From: Chrysemys picta bellii | Lineage: Eukaryota | Direction of reading: 5' to 3' | DNA: 64,000 nucleotides | NCBI RefSeq assembly: GCF_011386835.1 | Contig: NC_088805.1 | Location: forward strand, 30,442,001-30,506,000 | In this document: in pieces, positions 1-13,700 of the stretch | Layout: each line of letters opens with the position of its first letter | Position numbering within the stretch: position 1 is the stretch's first letter | Made by a program: the position numbers and the translations under genes | The notes under the pieces: model-generated | The model's database searches: none | What the model saw: the letters and a program-made list of their open reading frames with translations, nothing else | Told to the model about the DNA's origin: nothing

Positions 1-1249
1 ACCAAAACTGGCAACCCTAAACTGAATACACGTGAAGATTTCAAAATCATCAATAAATATGTATTGAAAGAAAAGTGTTCTGTATCAGTTTCTCTCTGGC
101 TGATTTGTTGAGCCCAGAGTTCTATTTTACCTTTGCTAGAGTGGATGATAAACATCATGTACCCCTAAAGCAGCCTAAGGAAAGTAACTCCTGCCCTGCT
201 TTAGACATTTGTGACATCCCTGACTTGCAAGACAAACACTGAAGTCTGTGAACAAGTGAATGCCCTTCTGTGATTTTTAACTGTTCAGAAATATTCTATT
301 AATGTTTCAGTAACTCGTGTTTTCAAGATTTAGTTTAAAAAAACCATTTACTCATTAAATTGGCCTATACTTTGTCACATCCACTTACATTATCGATAAA
401 ATCAAAAGCCAAATCATGTTCACTTTACTCACTTGAGTAACTCTGTTCAAGGGAACTCACTCTTAAAATCAGTGGAACTACTCATAGGCGGAAGGTGAGC
501 GGATGTGACTTTTAATTTTTGCTCGTCAGCTCTTCGGAGCCAATCACATTACGGGACAATGAGCTGGAACCTCTATTCTGGAGGCCATTAATCAACACGG
601 ACAGCTAATTTCCAACTGTAACATCTTTACTACTAGCAATGATGCAGGAGATAGACAGAACCCAGCTTGTCTTCAGATCCCAGTTGAGTAGCTTCCAGCA
701 ATGGTAGCTAGAAAACTCACCTTTTAACTTGTAAATTAAGTCAGTTGGCTCTGAAATTTATTCAGAGTGAAATCCACCCATCAGCTTGGGGAACACAAAC
801 AGAGTCATGCCAGGGCCACCACAGTCTTGCTGCTGTATGAGAGAAAAGGCGGCCAGAGCAGGTGGCAATGCAGAGACATTTACAGTGCCACGGAGATATT
901 TCGGGGCAACGTTTTGAGGCACCACAGTGACATTTCCTGGTGGCACTTTGTGGCACCGCAGAGACATAGTCTGGCAACATTTCGCGAGGCTGCAAGGCTG
1001 TTTTGAGTTGCTGCTGCAGTGTGGTTAGAAGTCACCCCAAGCATTCAGAAGCATGACCCAGCCCCCCTAAAATGGTGAGACTAGCTTAAAAATGGTAACT
1101 GTCCATTCTAACAGCAGTAACTACGGGCTCTTTGGCCTCCCGGTTGGAGCTGTCAGGGGTTGGGCTTTCCCGCTCTTCTCCACCCAGCCAGAAGCTTGGC
1201 TCTTCGCTTAGTGCCAGCTGGGAGTCTCGCCCCAGGAGCACACCTCCCA

Positions 1250-1750
1250 CCGGCTCAGTGACAATCCGCTCAGGGCAGCTGCCTCCACTACACACCCGGC
1301 TCCGCCGAGCGCTGCTGGGGCGGGGGCAGGGGAGGAATCCTGTCGCCCGCCTCCAGGCCGTAGCAACCAGCCACGCCCCAGGAGCCCGTTGCTAGGGGGT
1401 CCGTGCGCTAACCCGGTCCGACCCGGCCGCTTCCGGTCCGCTCCATCTCCCGCCCCCTGGACCCCGCGCTTCTGGGTGTCTTTGGTTCCGCCCGGCGGGC
1501 AGCAGGAAGGGCTCGGGGCATGCTGGCCGGGGAGACGGACAGGGCGGTCAGGCGGCTCCTGCGGGCCGGAGGCGCGGTCAGGTCAGGAACGGCGGGGGCT
1601 GGGCAGGACGAGAGTAGGGGCGGGGCGGGTGCCAAGGGGAGAGCAGGCCCGGAGGGGAGGCCGGGGGGAGTCGGTCACGGGGGAGTGTGGGCCTGGGAGG
1701 GGGAGAGATGGTCGCCCCAACAGGAAGCCAGCCTGTGAACCGGGACTGGA
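1250..1750 (+). promoter_or_regulatory. USP30: CpG-island promoter and first exon region of USP30
   Basis: GC/CpG-rich tract around the USP30 ATG (1520), with GCCACGCCCC (Sp/KLF-like, ~1370), GTTGCTAGGG (RFX-like, ~1388) and CTTCCGG (ETS/GABP-like, ~1430). Motif function is inferred. Confidence 0.75.
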
Positions 1751-4700
1751 TAGTCTGAAACCCTTCCCGGGTGATGAAAGCCGTAAAGATCTCTGCCCCG
1801 GGGTAACTGTCCATTGTTCCACATCCAGAAAATAATTTGCCTCGGAGCCAGGGTGACCAGATGTCCCGATTGTATAGGGACAGTCCCGATTTTGGGGTCT
1901 TTTTCTTATATAGGCTCCTATTACCCCCCACCCCCTGTCCTGATTTTTCACACTTGCTGTCTGGTCACCCCACTCGGAGCTAAGGAGGGGGCTGTGTGTA
2001 CATGTGGAATGCGATTGCCTGGCATTATTCTGAACTTGAATGTACTGACTTGTCATATGACGGGTTTCCTTTAACCATGCGCCAGGATTTATTTCTTGCA
2101 TGTTACCATGTATCTAGAGAGATCCTTCCCCCCCCAGGGAACAGCGGGCATTGTGTCTATAATACTGCCAGCCCAAGAGCGACTGAACTGAGCTCGGCAC
2201 CCCACTCAGAAGGACCATATGTTAGCAGCTTGTGCTGAAGGCTAGTCCTATGATTTGCAAACTTTGGCTCCTTTGTTTACATGAGAGATGTATTGATGGT
2301 GTAACAATTGCCAAAGACATGATTGGGGATAAAAACACACAAAAATAGGATCGTACCGGACAAAAATATCAGTGTTCTGTGTATTACAGTGTCCTTGCCT
2401 ATCAGTCCTATATGATGTGTTAATGTTGTTACTGGTTTTCCAGTAGAAAACAGCAAGCAGACTTTTCCCCTTACTTTTTTAGGCATAAAGTAATGAAGAA
2501 CTGGGGTGTTGTTGGTGGAATTGCTGCTGCTCTGGCAGCAGGCATATATGTTCTCTGGGGTCCCATCACTGAAAGAAAGAAACGCAGGAAAGGTGGGGAA
2601 AGTTCTAAATTGACCAACATTATCCATATCCAGTAACAGAAAAATGTGTGCTAATGATGAATAAATTCTCATAATGTTCTCTAGAAAGGATGAGAGAATA
2701 GTAAAATGTCCATTTTATTGTGGGTTTGAATTTCTTTTGAGCTAAGACTTTGGATGTTAGAAATGTTGCCACTTTTCTTTTAATCGTTAGATTTTATAAA
2801 ACCTTTTGTTATATAGCAAAATATAAATTTTGGTCAGTGAATCATGTTGCCTCCTATATGAATTAGTCTGTATCAATAAAAGATTTTTATTTCCTATGTA
2901 GATTTGATCTTTATATATACTAGTTATGTTAGTTTAAAATTTTAAAAAGTATTATAATATATATTAGGCATGCTTTGTATGTGTTTTGTAATATGTTTGT
3001 ATTACCTATGGAAATTCAATAAAACTTAAGCAAATACACAAAATAAACACCTTCTGATTGAACATAAGCACAGGATAAGTGAATGTCTTCTGCTTTGGAA
3101 AGTAAATATTCATACTAAAAATAGCTAGAATAAAGAAATATATTACACAAATCTTTGAAAACTGGAGAGCATCCCTAATACAATACTAATCTCAGGGAAG
3201 GAGATCTCACTAAATTGAGACCAGGTGTGCAAAGGCACATACTTTAGGCCCCCATCCTGGAAACGCTTTTGAATGTGTTTAACTTCACACATCTGAATAG
3301 ACTCATACAAGCTATTTGGATGTGTAAAAATTAAGCACATATGTAAATGTTAGGATTATTACTATTATTATTTATTATTACTACTTATTATATGTATTAT
3401 TGTAGTACCTAGGAGTTGCAGTCATGAGGCAGGACCCCAGAATCAGGGCCTTCAACCTTGCAGATAGTATTACAAGTCACAAATTGAAAATTAAATACAT
3501 TACAGTTGTTAATTCCAGTTTATATGGTAATATACAGATAATCCCACAGTAATCCGTGCTTGATAGTGTTAAAATATAGCTTTCTGAAATTCAGTCAAGA
3601 ACATTTTTCAGAGGAAGTTTACTTTTTTTTTTTTTACAATGCCATGATCCTTAGAGACCACATAACACTATTGCATGTTTGAGTGTCTTCTGATTTCTTA
3701 AACAACAGTTGTAAACACCAAATAAAAGATAGAAGCTCGAAATCCAAATCACATGCATCATATCACTTTCAGTAAAAAATAAACTGTCCTAGGCTCTAGA
3801 ATGTAAATTGTTCATGCGTATTTCTAGGGCTTGTGCCTGGCCTTCTCAACTTAGGAAACACCTGTTTCATGAACTCTTTGCTGCAAGGCTTATCTGCTTG
3901 TCCGTCTTTCATCAAGTGGCTGGAGGAGTTTACAGCCCAATACAAGACAGCCCAGAATGAATCATCGGAGCACCAATATTTGTCGCTTACTTTGCTGTGC
4001 CTTCTGAAAGGTATCACGTTGTTAAACTTCTAAGGGGTTAGGTTACATTAATTAATAAACCCTAATGTGTTACTGGTTTTAAGGAATTAATTTGCACGGT
4101 GCTTAGTCTAAATGAGGAAGTTGAGAAATCTTTTATTTTTAATCTCACAAAGATGTCTCCCAGCTGTTGTCACGCTCAGAATTCAATCAGAAATACATTT
4201 CATTTCCTATCATTTAAGGTGGAAATTTCTCAAATAAATGCATGAGAGAGCATATGTGATGTTTGTTAAAAAGAGCAGAAAACTAAATTTCTTATTACGT
4301 TAATGAAGGTTGGGGGATCGAATAGGTAAACTTAATTAGCTGACTTGATGGTGTTCTCTGTGTACAAAGAAATGACTGTATCTTGGGTCCATTAACTCTG
4401 TTGAAAGCTGAGGTTTTTTTATTTGCCCAGGTTTTCATTACTGTTGAGTCCATGCAGCACCCTCAGGTTATTAGTGTGCTTCCTAAGTCCCACCAAGGAA
4501 TCTCTCAAACCTCTACTGCTGAAGGAAGGATTAGCTCCACGATACGTAATATTAGTTTACATTCATTTTCCAAGTCCCCTCTACTCTCCTCTTTCCTTGA
4601 AAAAGGATTTTTCCATTCAAAGTTGTTGTAAAGTTGAATGAGGTGCCAGGGTCTTGCCCCTTTCCCTGCCCCCACCTGCATTGTTGTTATGGAAGCTGAA

Positions 4701-7700
4701 GGAGAGGTCAGAGGGCGAGGTTTTAAAATAAATATAACTGCAGAACAAGCAGGGCCGGCTCCAGGCACCAGCTTCTCAAGCAGGTGCTTGGGGCGGCCGC
4801 TCCTGAGAGGGGCGGCCGCTCCTGAGAGGGGCGGCACGTCCAGGAATTCGGCGGCAATTCGGCGAACGGTCCCTCACTCCCGCTGGGAACAAAGGACCTC
4901 CCGCTGAATTGCCGCCGCAGATCGCGATTGCGATCACGATCACGGCTTTTTTTTTGTGTGTGTGTGTGTGTTTTGGCTGCTTGGGGCGGCCAAAACCCTG
5001 GAGCCGGCCCTGAGAACAAGGATTTACAAACATGTACAGCTGTTGAGGAAGGGGGAAAAAAGGCATTCTGCAAATCGTTCCTCTCAGACATAACTAAGAA
5101 ATAACTGCGCAGCTGTGGATCAGTGGGTTTAAAACATCCCTGCGCCCAGACTGGCTGGGCCAGCTTCTTGTACTTAAGCATGTGTTAACAAGTCATTCCA
5201 CTGTTGTAAGCGAAAAGAAATTAGGCCCAGTATATCCAGGTTTTGTGATCTAACCAATCTTAGTGGCTCCATTTATCATTTTGAATTTAATACCTCCAGC
5301 TTTATCCTGCCAAGAGGTCACAGAAGATGATGTCCTGGATGCAAGCTGTTTGTTAGAAGTGTTAAGGCTGTACAGGTGGCAGATCTCGTCATTTGAAGAG
5401 CAGGTGATTACAAATTTCGAACTAGATTATAGTATATGTTAGAGCTTGGATACTGTGACGATAGGTGCCTTATGTAATATAAGGTATTTATAGATCTGAG
5501 TATCAAATCTGAATCCTCTTCAGCATGGTGAAAAGTTATCTTTAGTAACTAAAAGAAAGCAGCAATGTGATTAATACATGACATCTTCAGTTTGTTTTAG
5601 AGACGCCTGATTCAGACTCTAATGCCTTTCAACTGTCAGCGTTTGGTCTGACGCTGCCAGGAGTGACAAGGTCCCAGGGGGTAAAATTCTAGTCCCATTA
5701 AAGTCATTGCAAGTTTTGCCATTGACTTTAACAGGGCCATGATAAAATGCCCTGGTTTCTGTTTCTAAGGAAGTTCCCTGTGTTTTCTTAAGGCTCCCAG
5801 ATTTAGTTACACATAACCGATGGGGCTTCTAGATCTTGTACACAGCACAAATGTGTACAAGTGGAAGCTGTGCAGACAAACCCAACACAGTAGATTCTGC
5901 TTAAGAGCAATATAGGTATTGACAACTTCCTGTTAATAGCAGCATTTTGCCAGGAACCAATCCCATCACATTGACTTTAATGTTAACGGGATGCGGATAT
6001 TGGCAACGGCATGCTGCTTAATAACACCATTTCTTTGATTCTTGGAAGAAAGGCCCCAGCTGTCGGCAGGTTTGGGAGGATGAAGCCAGGGAAGGAAGTG
6101 CTGGGGAGTGCCTACCCTGGCCGCAGCCCTACAAACCTGCCTGCGGCTGGTGCTCAGCCCATCCCAGTGCTTCCTTCTGGGGTTGCAGGCTCACAAACCT
6201 GTTGCCGCACAGGGATGGCACAGGAGGTAAGAGGCTGTGGACAGGGCAGTAGTGGGGAAGGGGGCTGTAGCCCACATGCCAGAGCTGCATGGCACTTCTC
6301 CCTGCACTCTCCAGGCTGTACCCTGCTGGGGGACTGCACCCAGGGAAGGAAGTGCTGGCACATGCTAAGCTCTGACCCCCAGAGAGCACAGGGAAGCATG
6401 TGATGCAGTCCCATGAGCCCCCAGCTCCCAATAGAAACTCCATCATCCTGCTGGTTTGCAGGGGTGCAGCCAGGGAAGGCATATCCCAGCACTTCCTTTC
6501 CTCGCTGTAGCCTCACAAACATGCCTTCTCCTTGTTAGCAACTGCTGGATAAGGGCAACTTTTTCATGGCAACTGAGGAGAATAAGCAGAATCTATTGTA
6601 TTTGAAAAATGTTTTCTGCTCCTAAGTGTGTGAAGTTTGGGGTCAGTAAATTGGTTCAGTTGTCTCTTCTATAAATATGGCTGTATATTTTATACTTCAT
6701 ATCCAAAACAAATGACATAAGGGTTCAGTTCTGCTCTCAATGAAGTCAGTCAATTTCACCATTGACCTCAGTGGAAAGCAGGCTTTGGGGTCATTATTGT
6801 GAGTATATTTTGTGTGTGTGTGTACACTCTTCAGTATTCTTTCAGTGTTATATGCCACAAATACATTTTAAAAAAAATGTTATACATTGTTGTGGGCTTA
6901 GCTTTGCAGAAAAGATTGTTGGCAAAATTGTAGCACAAGCATAGGGATATAGGACTGGAAGGGACCTCGTGGATCATCAAGTCCAGTCCCCTGCAATTGC
7001 AGGGAACCCCATCTTATAATCCTATTTATAAATTTATCTAGCTCCATCTTAAAATGAGTAAGAGAGTTTGCTCCCACTACTCGTATTGGGAGGCTGTTCC
7101 AGAACCTCACTCCTCTAATGGCACTTTAGAGACTAACACATTTATTTGGGCATAAGCTTTCGTGGGCTAAACCCCACTTCATCGAATGCTCACGAAAGCT
7201 TATGCCCAAATAAATTTGTTAGTCTCTAAGGTGCCACAAGTACTCCTTGTTCTTTTTGCTGATACAGACTAACATGGCTACCACTCTGAAACTACTCTAA
7301 TGGTTAGAAAATCTTCTCATTTCCTGCTTGAATGTATTCACGGCCAATTTATACTCATTTGTTCTTGTGCCAACATTGTCCTTTTGCTTAAATATCTCTT
7401 CTTCCTCTCTTGTGTTTACTCTCAAATGTATTTAGAGAGAGCAATTATATCTCCTCTCAGCCTAAGTGGTTATTATTAAATTAACTGGGTCTTAAAAGTG
7501 TAATAATTTCTTTTTAATGGAAAAATGAACACCTTATTTTGCCATGACAGATTCCTATGTGCACACATGCTCTTGGTATATTTGTTGATGCTGTCTTGTT
7601 TGATTCCCCTCTAAGTTGCATATCCCCCTTTAACAGGATGCTCATGAACTATTCCATGTCCTTACATCTTCATTGGAAGATGAGCGAGATCGTCAGCCCC

Positions 7701-10700
7701 GGATCACACCTTTGTTTGATGTGCATTCATTAGAGGTAAAACTGTATAAAAATGTTATTTCCCTTTCCTTTAAAGTGATAGAGCCTGTTTAGATACTAAA
7801 TATGCAATGCTGTTCTTCCATCTTTGGATAAAAATGAATTAATAAAACTAGCAAATTGAAAAAGAGAACTTTTCAAAGCAATGTAATATTTTAGGACTTT
7901 GCATTTATATTGACTCAGTCATTCAAGGAGCTGAGCGTCCTCAATGCCCATAAACATCAGTGGGAGTTGAGGGCACTCAGCATCCCATGGGATTGGGCCC
8001 ACAGCACCATCCATTTGAGAATCTCAGTATACTGTATGGATGGACTATAGGAATTGCCATAATGGCCCAGACCATTGGTCCATCTAATCAGGTATCTAAC
8101 AGTTGTCAATACACCAAGTGCTTCAGAGGGAGATACAAGAAACTATATAATGGACAATTATGGAATAAACTTCTAACCTTCCACAATTAGCAGTTGACTT
8201 ATTCTCTGAAACATGAAGGTTTAAATCTCTTATACATTTTTATTCTATCTAATATAACTGGATGTTCTGTCTATTAAGCTTTTATCAGTTGTTGTAAGCG
8301 CTCAGTATCTTGTTGCTCCAAGTTCCAGCGTTCATGGTGCGTTATATAAAAAACCCTTCTTTTATCTATTTTAAATTCATTGCTTTTTAGTTTCATTGGT
8401 TGTCCCTATATATTCATTTTTTTAAAGGTACAATTTTTAGACTCAAATGAGAGCATATTTAAGATTTTGTATTTTGTAAGGTGAGATTTAATACAATCTT
8501 TTTCCCTCCTGTGTAGCAGCCAGAAATAACCCAAAAGCAAATAAGCTGCAGGACAAGAGGTAACATTTTCTCCCTTGAAAACATGTGAAATGTGCATATT
8601 TACTTACAGACATGGCAACAGTAGTTGTTTTACTTACTGAAGTAATATTCCTATTATTTCATCTGTTTCTAGTGACCAGGAATGCATCTTTAAATGTCTC
8701 CAAAGACCATGTTAATTAAAGATTTGTAAACAGAAAGTGAAGTGTTCTTAAAAAACCTGGGTTTTAACAGCTGTAAAAAAGCAACAACCCCAAAGAAATA
8801 AAAAATCCAGGCATTATAATGATCATGATGAACGTGGAAGTACTAAATATTAAAGACAGTTACAACTTCGTATTTTAGGGTCACTTCACCCCATGTTGAG
8901 TCACTGGAAGTCTCAACATCCTTTTCATGGAAGGCTGACCAGTAACATGCTTTGCAAACACTGCAAACACCAGGTACAAGAATTTGTGTGTTTGAGATTA
9001 ATTATAAACAAATAAAAAAGGAAAGCTTAATCAAAGGGGATTCTTTAATGACAAGAACCATCTTTTGTTTTATTTTGTGCAATCCTGAAAATTTGCGGGA
9101 TTGGGGCCTTATATTGTAAGCAAACCAGGGCAAGAACTTTGTTTTCATATTTGTCTGTAAAGTGCCTAGGACAGCATTGGTGCTGTACAAATATGTGATA
9201 ATAATAATTAATAATGAAAAATACAAAATTGTGACCATGCTTTGTTTTATAAGTGTGGTGATTGTAACTTAAATATTGCTTTTAGTATTTGACTTTCACT
9301 TGCAGACACATTCGTGTTATAAGAGAAATCCGGTAGCACAGGTAGCATTTTAAGACTTGGTCATTCAGTCTTCAAACAGCCAATGTTCCTGTTAATTCTT
9401 ATGCAGTAAATGTGGGATTGGGCCGGGAGTGTTGACTTCTGTGCTGGACAGAGGAAACAGTATCTAATGCTTACAGAATATCTTCTGCTGCCATGGAAAA
9501 ATTCTACTCAAATATTTACAGAACAATTCCCAAAACTCTTTCTTTGCAGAAAAAAATAAACCTGCCCTCCAGTAAACTAACCAGAAGATATTTTGACCAG
9601 ATCTTTGAATTGTTTGTAACTAATTTTGCTGTATTTAGAACTACAAATCCAGATCAGATTATATCTAGTTAGAGTCCAGTCCTGTTAGGTGTTAGTACCC
9701 TTAACTACCATGTAGGACCATAGGAGTAGAGAGTGCTCGGGCCTGTTTTCATTAGGCTGAAGGTGGACTGTAACCCTGTGGACATGTGAAATGTTTTCTT
9801 TCAGAGTCCTGTGAGGTGTGATACATTTGACAGTCTTTCGCTGAGTATTCCAGCAGCCATGTGGGTATGTGCTTTCTGCTGAAGCATGATCCATTCTGTA
9901 CTACATGCTGCCTTATGGTCAAAGCTTTATTCTAGACTCGAGTCTTGTGCCTGAATTTAAAATGATGGGGTGAAATTGTAAATCAGTCATTTAGAATTAA
10001 TTTGATTACATTTTATTATTTTTTGTTGTTGTTTTAGTAGATTTTCCTGATTCAGTATCTTACTCTGAACATAGTGGGGCAAATTTCTAGCTTAGCTAAC
10101 CAAGTGTAACTTCATTGATATCAATGGAGTTGTCTGCCTACACCAGTAATAAATTTGGCCCTGTCTGCATATCTAGAGATACCAAAGTGCAACCTGAGGG
10201 CTGTGTGTTTCCTGCAAAGTCCTAGTATGTGCTTCTGCTTGCTTTCTCCCGATGATTAGAGTGAGGACAAAGGTGCCAAATTGTAGACTTTTAGAGCTGG
10301 TGATTTCAATAAAGAAGCCATTTCTGTTAATCTCTAAAGCCGTGTTTCTCAACCTTTTTGATACAAGGGACCAGCTTGCTGCCTTCCTAAACTCTGTCAG
10401 GTAGACCTCAGGGACCAGTGCCGGTCCACGTAGCGGTTGTCGAGAAACACTGCTCTAAAGGAGATACAAGTCTGGACAAATATTATGGTTGTTTGCAAAG
10501 TTATTATTAGATTACAAATAGTCCACCTGTATGCAAAATTTGTGTGGTCCTTAGTATTGCAAAGTTTGGGCCCCTCATATACTGTGTGTTATTAGCTTGT
10601 GTCTCCAGACAAGGGGTCTAACTGTTATCCCCTTCGTGTGTTCATGGAACAGCCATTTGCATTCATAGTTTTGTGCCAATGCCTAGGGGAGAACAGAACC

Positions 10701-13700
10701 AGGCTTTTGACACTTTTTCTGTGCTAGTTTCCTATTTTTATACCCAAGTTGAAGATGACCCCAGCTCACCAGCAGTATAGATTTTGCCATCGAAAAGATG
10801 GCTAAAAATAGCAAGAAAGCAACTAATGCATGAGACGTAAAATACAGCCAGAAAGCCACATTCCTGCTGGGCAAGGGGTCAGGCTGCAGAAGGTGTTTCA
10901 TGGGGCACTGTGTAATTGTGGAGGGAAGTATTGTAAGAGGGCCAGGGATCCATTGGTTCAAAACCCCACTAAGAAGGTGACACAGGAAGTGTAATGAAAC
11001 AAATTACTGAGGGAGGTAATGGAATCGCTGTCACTTGAGGTTTTTAAGAACAGATTAGACAAACCTGTCAGGGATGGTCTAGATCAGTGTTTCCCAAACT
11101 TGGGATGCCGCTTGTGTAGGGAAAGCCCCTGTTTACCTGCTGTTAGACTGTTTACCTGCCACGTCTGCAGGTCCAGCCGATCACGGCTCCCACTGGCCGC
11201 GGTTCGCTGCTCCAGGCCAATGGGAGCTGCTGGAAGCAGTGCGGGCCGAGGGACATACTGGCCGCTGCTTCCAGCAGCTCCCATTGGCCTGGAGCAGCGA
11301 ATCGCGGCCAGTGGGAGCCACGATCGGACGGACCTGTGGACGTGGCAAGTAAACAAACCGGCCGGGCCCACCAGGGACTTTCCCTATACAAGCGGTGTCC
11401 CAGGTTTGGGAAACACTGGTCTAGGTAATACTTAGTCCTGCCTTAGTGCAGGGGACTGGACTAAATGACCTCTTGAGGTCCCTTCCACTGTTATGATCCT
11501 ATGGCTACTACTCCTGCACATAGACTATAACAGCTCCCAAGGATGAACTGGGTGGAAGGAGGAGGCTTCCATGCCCCCACCAACCTTGTGTATGTTCTCT
11601 GCTCAAAGCCCTTCTACTCTAGCTTTGTGGAGGAGCCAGGATTTAGCTCAGAATGTATTAATTCCTATTAAATAGATAACTAAAATCCTTTAACAGAATT
11701 TAATTGTGTGCATCATAAAATCAGTGCAAAATTGTTTTTTCTCACACTCAGGGTCGTCCTATGACACTGGACCACTGCCTCCACCATTTCATCTCTTCTG
11801 AATCAGTAAAGGATGTTGTATGTGACAACTGCACTAAAGTATGTACTTTTAATTTATATACTCTTCCAGCCCAGTTTCTAGATCAAGTGACTCAGAGTGA
11901 GGACTCCTAGGTTCTACTCCTTGCACTGCTGCTGACTTGCTGAACCCTCAGTTTCCTCACCTCTGAAGTGAGGGTTCTACCTCACAGAGTGTTAGGAGTC
12001 TTAAATTATGAGTAGTTTGTAAAGCACTTTACAGATCCTGGAATACTCAGTGATTGCCAAGTATTAAATCTTATAATATCCTGGTGGGTTTTTTTTTTTT
12101 CTGATCTTTAAACACTGTTTTACAACTACACCTCTACCCCGATAGAACACTGTCCTCGGGAGCCAAAAAATCTTACCGTGTTATAGGTGAAACCGCGTTA
12201 TATCGAACTTGCTTTGATCCACCGGAGTGCGCAGCCCCGCCCCCCTGGAGCACTGCTTTCCCGCGTTATATCCGAATTCATGTTATATCGGGGTAGAGGT
12301 GTACTTGTAACTTGACTGGAGCACAGGGAGCAAGAGTAATGTGACTAAGATTAGACAGAGAATGTCTAAAGGTTAGACTTGAACCCAGAACTTTTGTGTT
12401 CATGGGCACTTTCTAGAAATGTTTCTATTTAGTTTCACTTCTTAATTCTCATGCACTGATATAGTTCTGCACTTCTGAGGTTACAAACAGCTGGGAAATG
12501 GTTAAACCTAAACAAACCGTTTAAACCTGCGTATAGCCCTCGATAAGAAACTACTATTTTTTGGCATATGCACACCCCTAGTATTGGTTTGTGTAATTTA
12601 ATATTATGGATAATTAAATGGCTATAATTATGTTTCCTTTGATTTCAGATTCAGGCAGAAGGAACACTGAATGGGCAAACCACAGAAAACCAGAGAACAA
12701 CGTTTGTTAAACAATTAAAGCTAGGGAAGGTGAGACAAATTGATTTGGCAAATTTATTTTTAAAGCCTCTACAGTAGTGTCTTCTAAAACAATCCAGTGA
12801 CTTATCTCTTCAGTCTGTTATTTTGATACCCACTTCTTGGCACTGAGCTTGGAGACTATTCGTATTCTATTTTGTACTTAAATGTGAACTCATTTGGCAG
12901 TTTTGTATGCCATAACACCTTGACTCAGCAAAGCACTTAAGCCTATGCTTAACATTAAACACATAAATAATCTCACCTTAATTCTACAGTGTGTGTAAAC
13001 ATATGTATTGCTGAGTTGTGGCTTATATGTCCCTTGAGATTCAGCAATAAAAATATGTGATTCCGTATTTCAGTGGTGAATTAAGTAATTCCTATATATA
13101 TTTTGTTAAACACTTTGCCATCCCTAAGCAATGGTATGTTCTTAAAATAAATAAATAAGCCCCATGCTGAATGCAGGTGATTGGGTGGGTGAACATGGTA
13201 ATAAACGGCTGAAACAACTTAGATTGTTCTGTGTTTGTGCAGCACACAGCACAATTGGATCCGAGTCTATGACTAGAGCTCCTAGGCACGACAGTTATAC
13301 TAATAACTTAATTGAAAGAGACAGTAAAACCTTGTGCTGCACTTTGGGTGTAAAACAATGTAACTGTTTGACTCCGGTTTCCATGGCGCTTGCTGGATTC
13401 ACTCTGACCAGCCACAAAAACATTGCACATGGAAACTTAGCTCTGGTTACAGTATAGTAGCACTAACTGCCAGGGACCTGGATCCTCTGTCCCCAAGGGA
13501 TTATATTGATCAGAATCTTTGGTCTGCGCTGGACAAGTTTAAAAAAATTTTAGATGAGTCTTTTAGAAACAGGCATGTGTTTTTATTGACTTTTCCCACC
13601 TGTGGCAAACCCTGTTAATTTTGTCCATCTACCTAATAAATTATGGTAGTGTTATTAGAAACCTCTCTTCTGACTGTCTGGCTTTATACTTTGTATTTTA

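Noticed and set aside
1270-1300. SVOP exon 1 (RQLP-like motif on the minus strand)
   Set aside because: No upstream MEEDLFQL or ATG, and a stop precedes it; coincidental match.
8465-8490. Recursive splice site (ttttgtaag|gtgaga) before USP30 exon 6
   Set aside because: Weak AAG acceptor, only 36 nt from the real acceptor and in a short intron; too close to be spliced.
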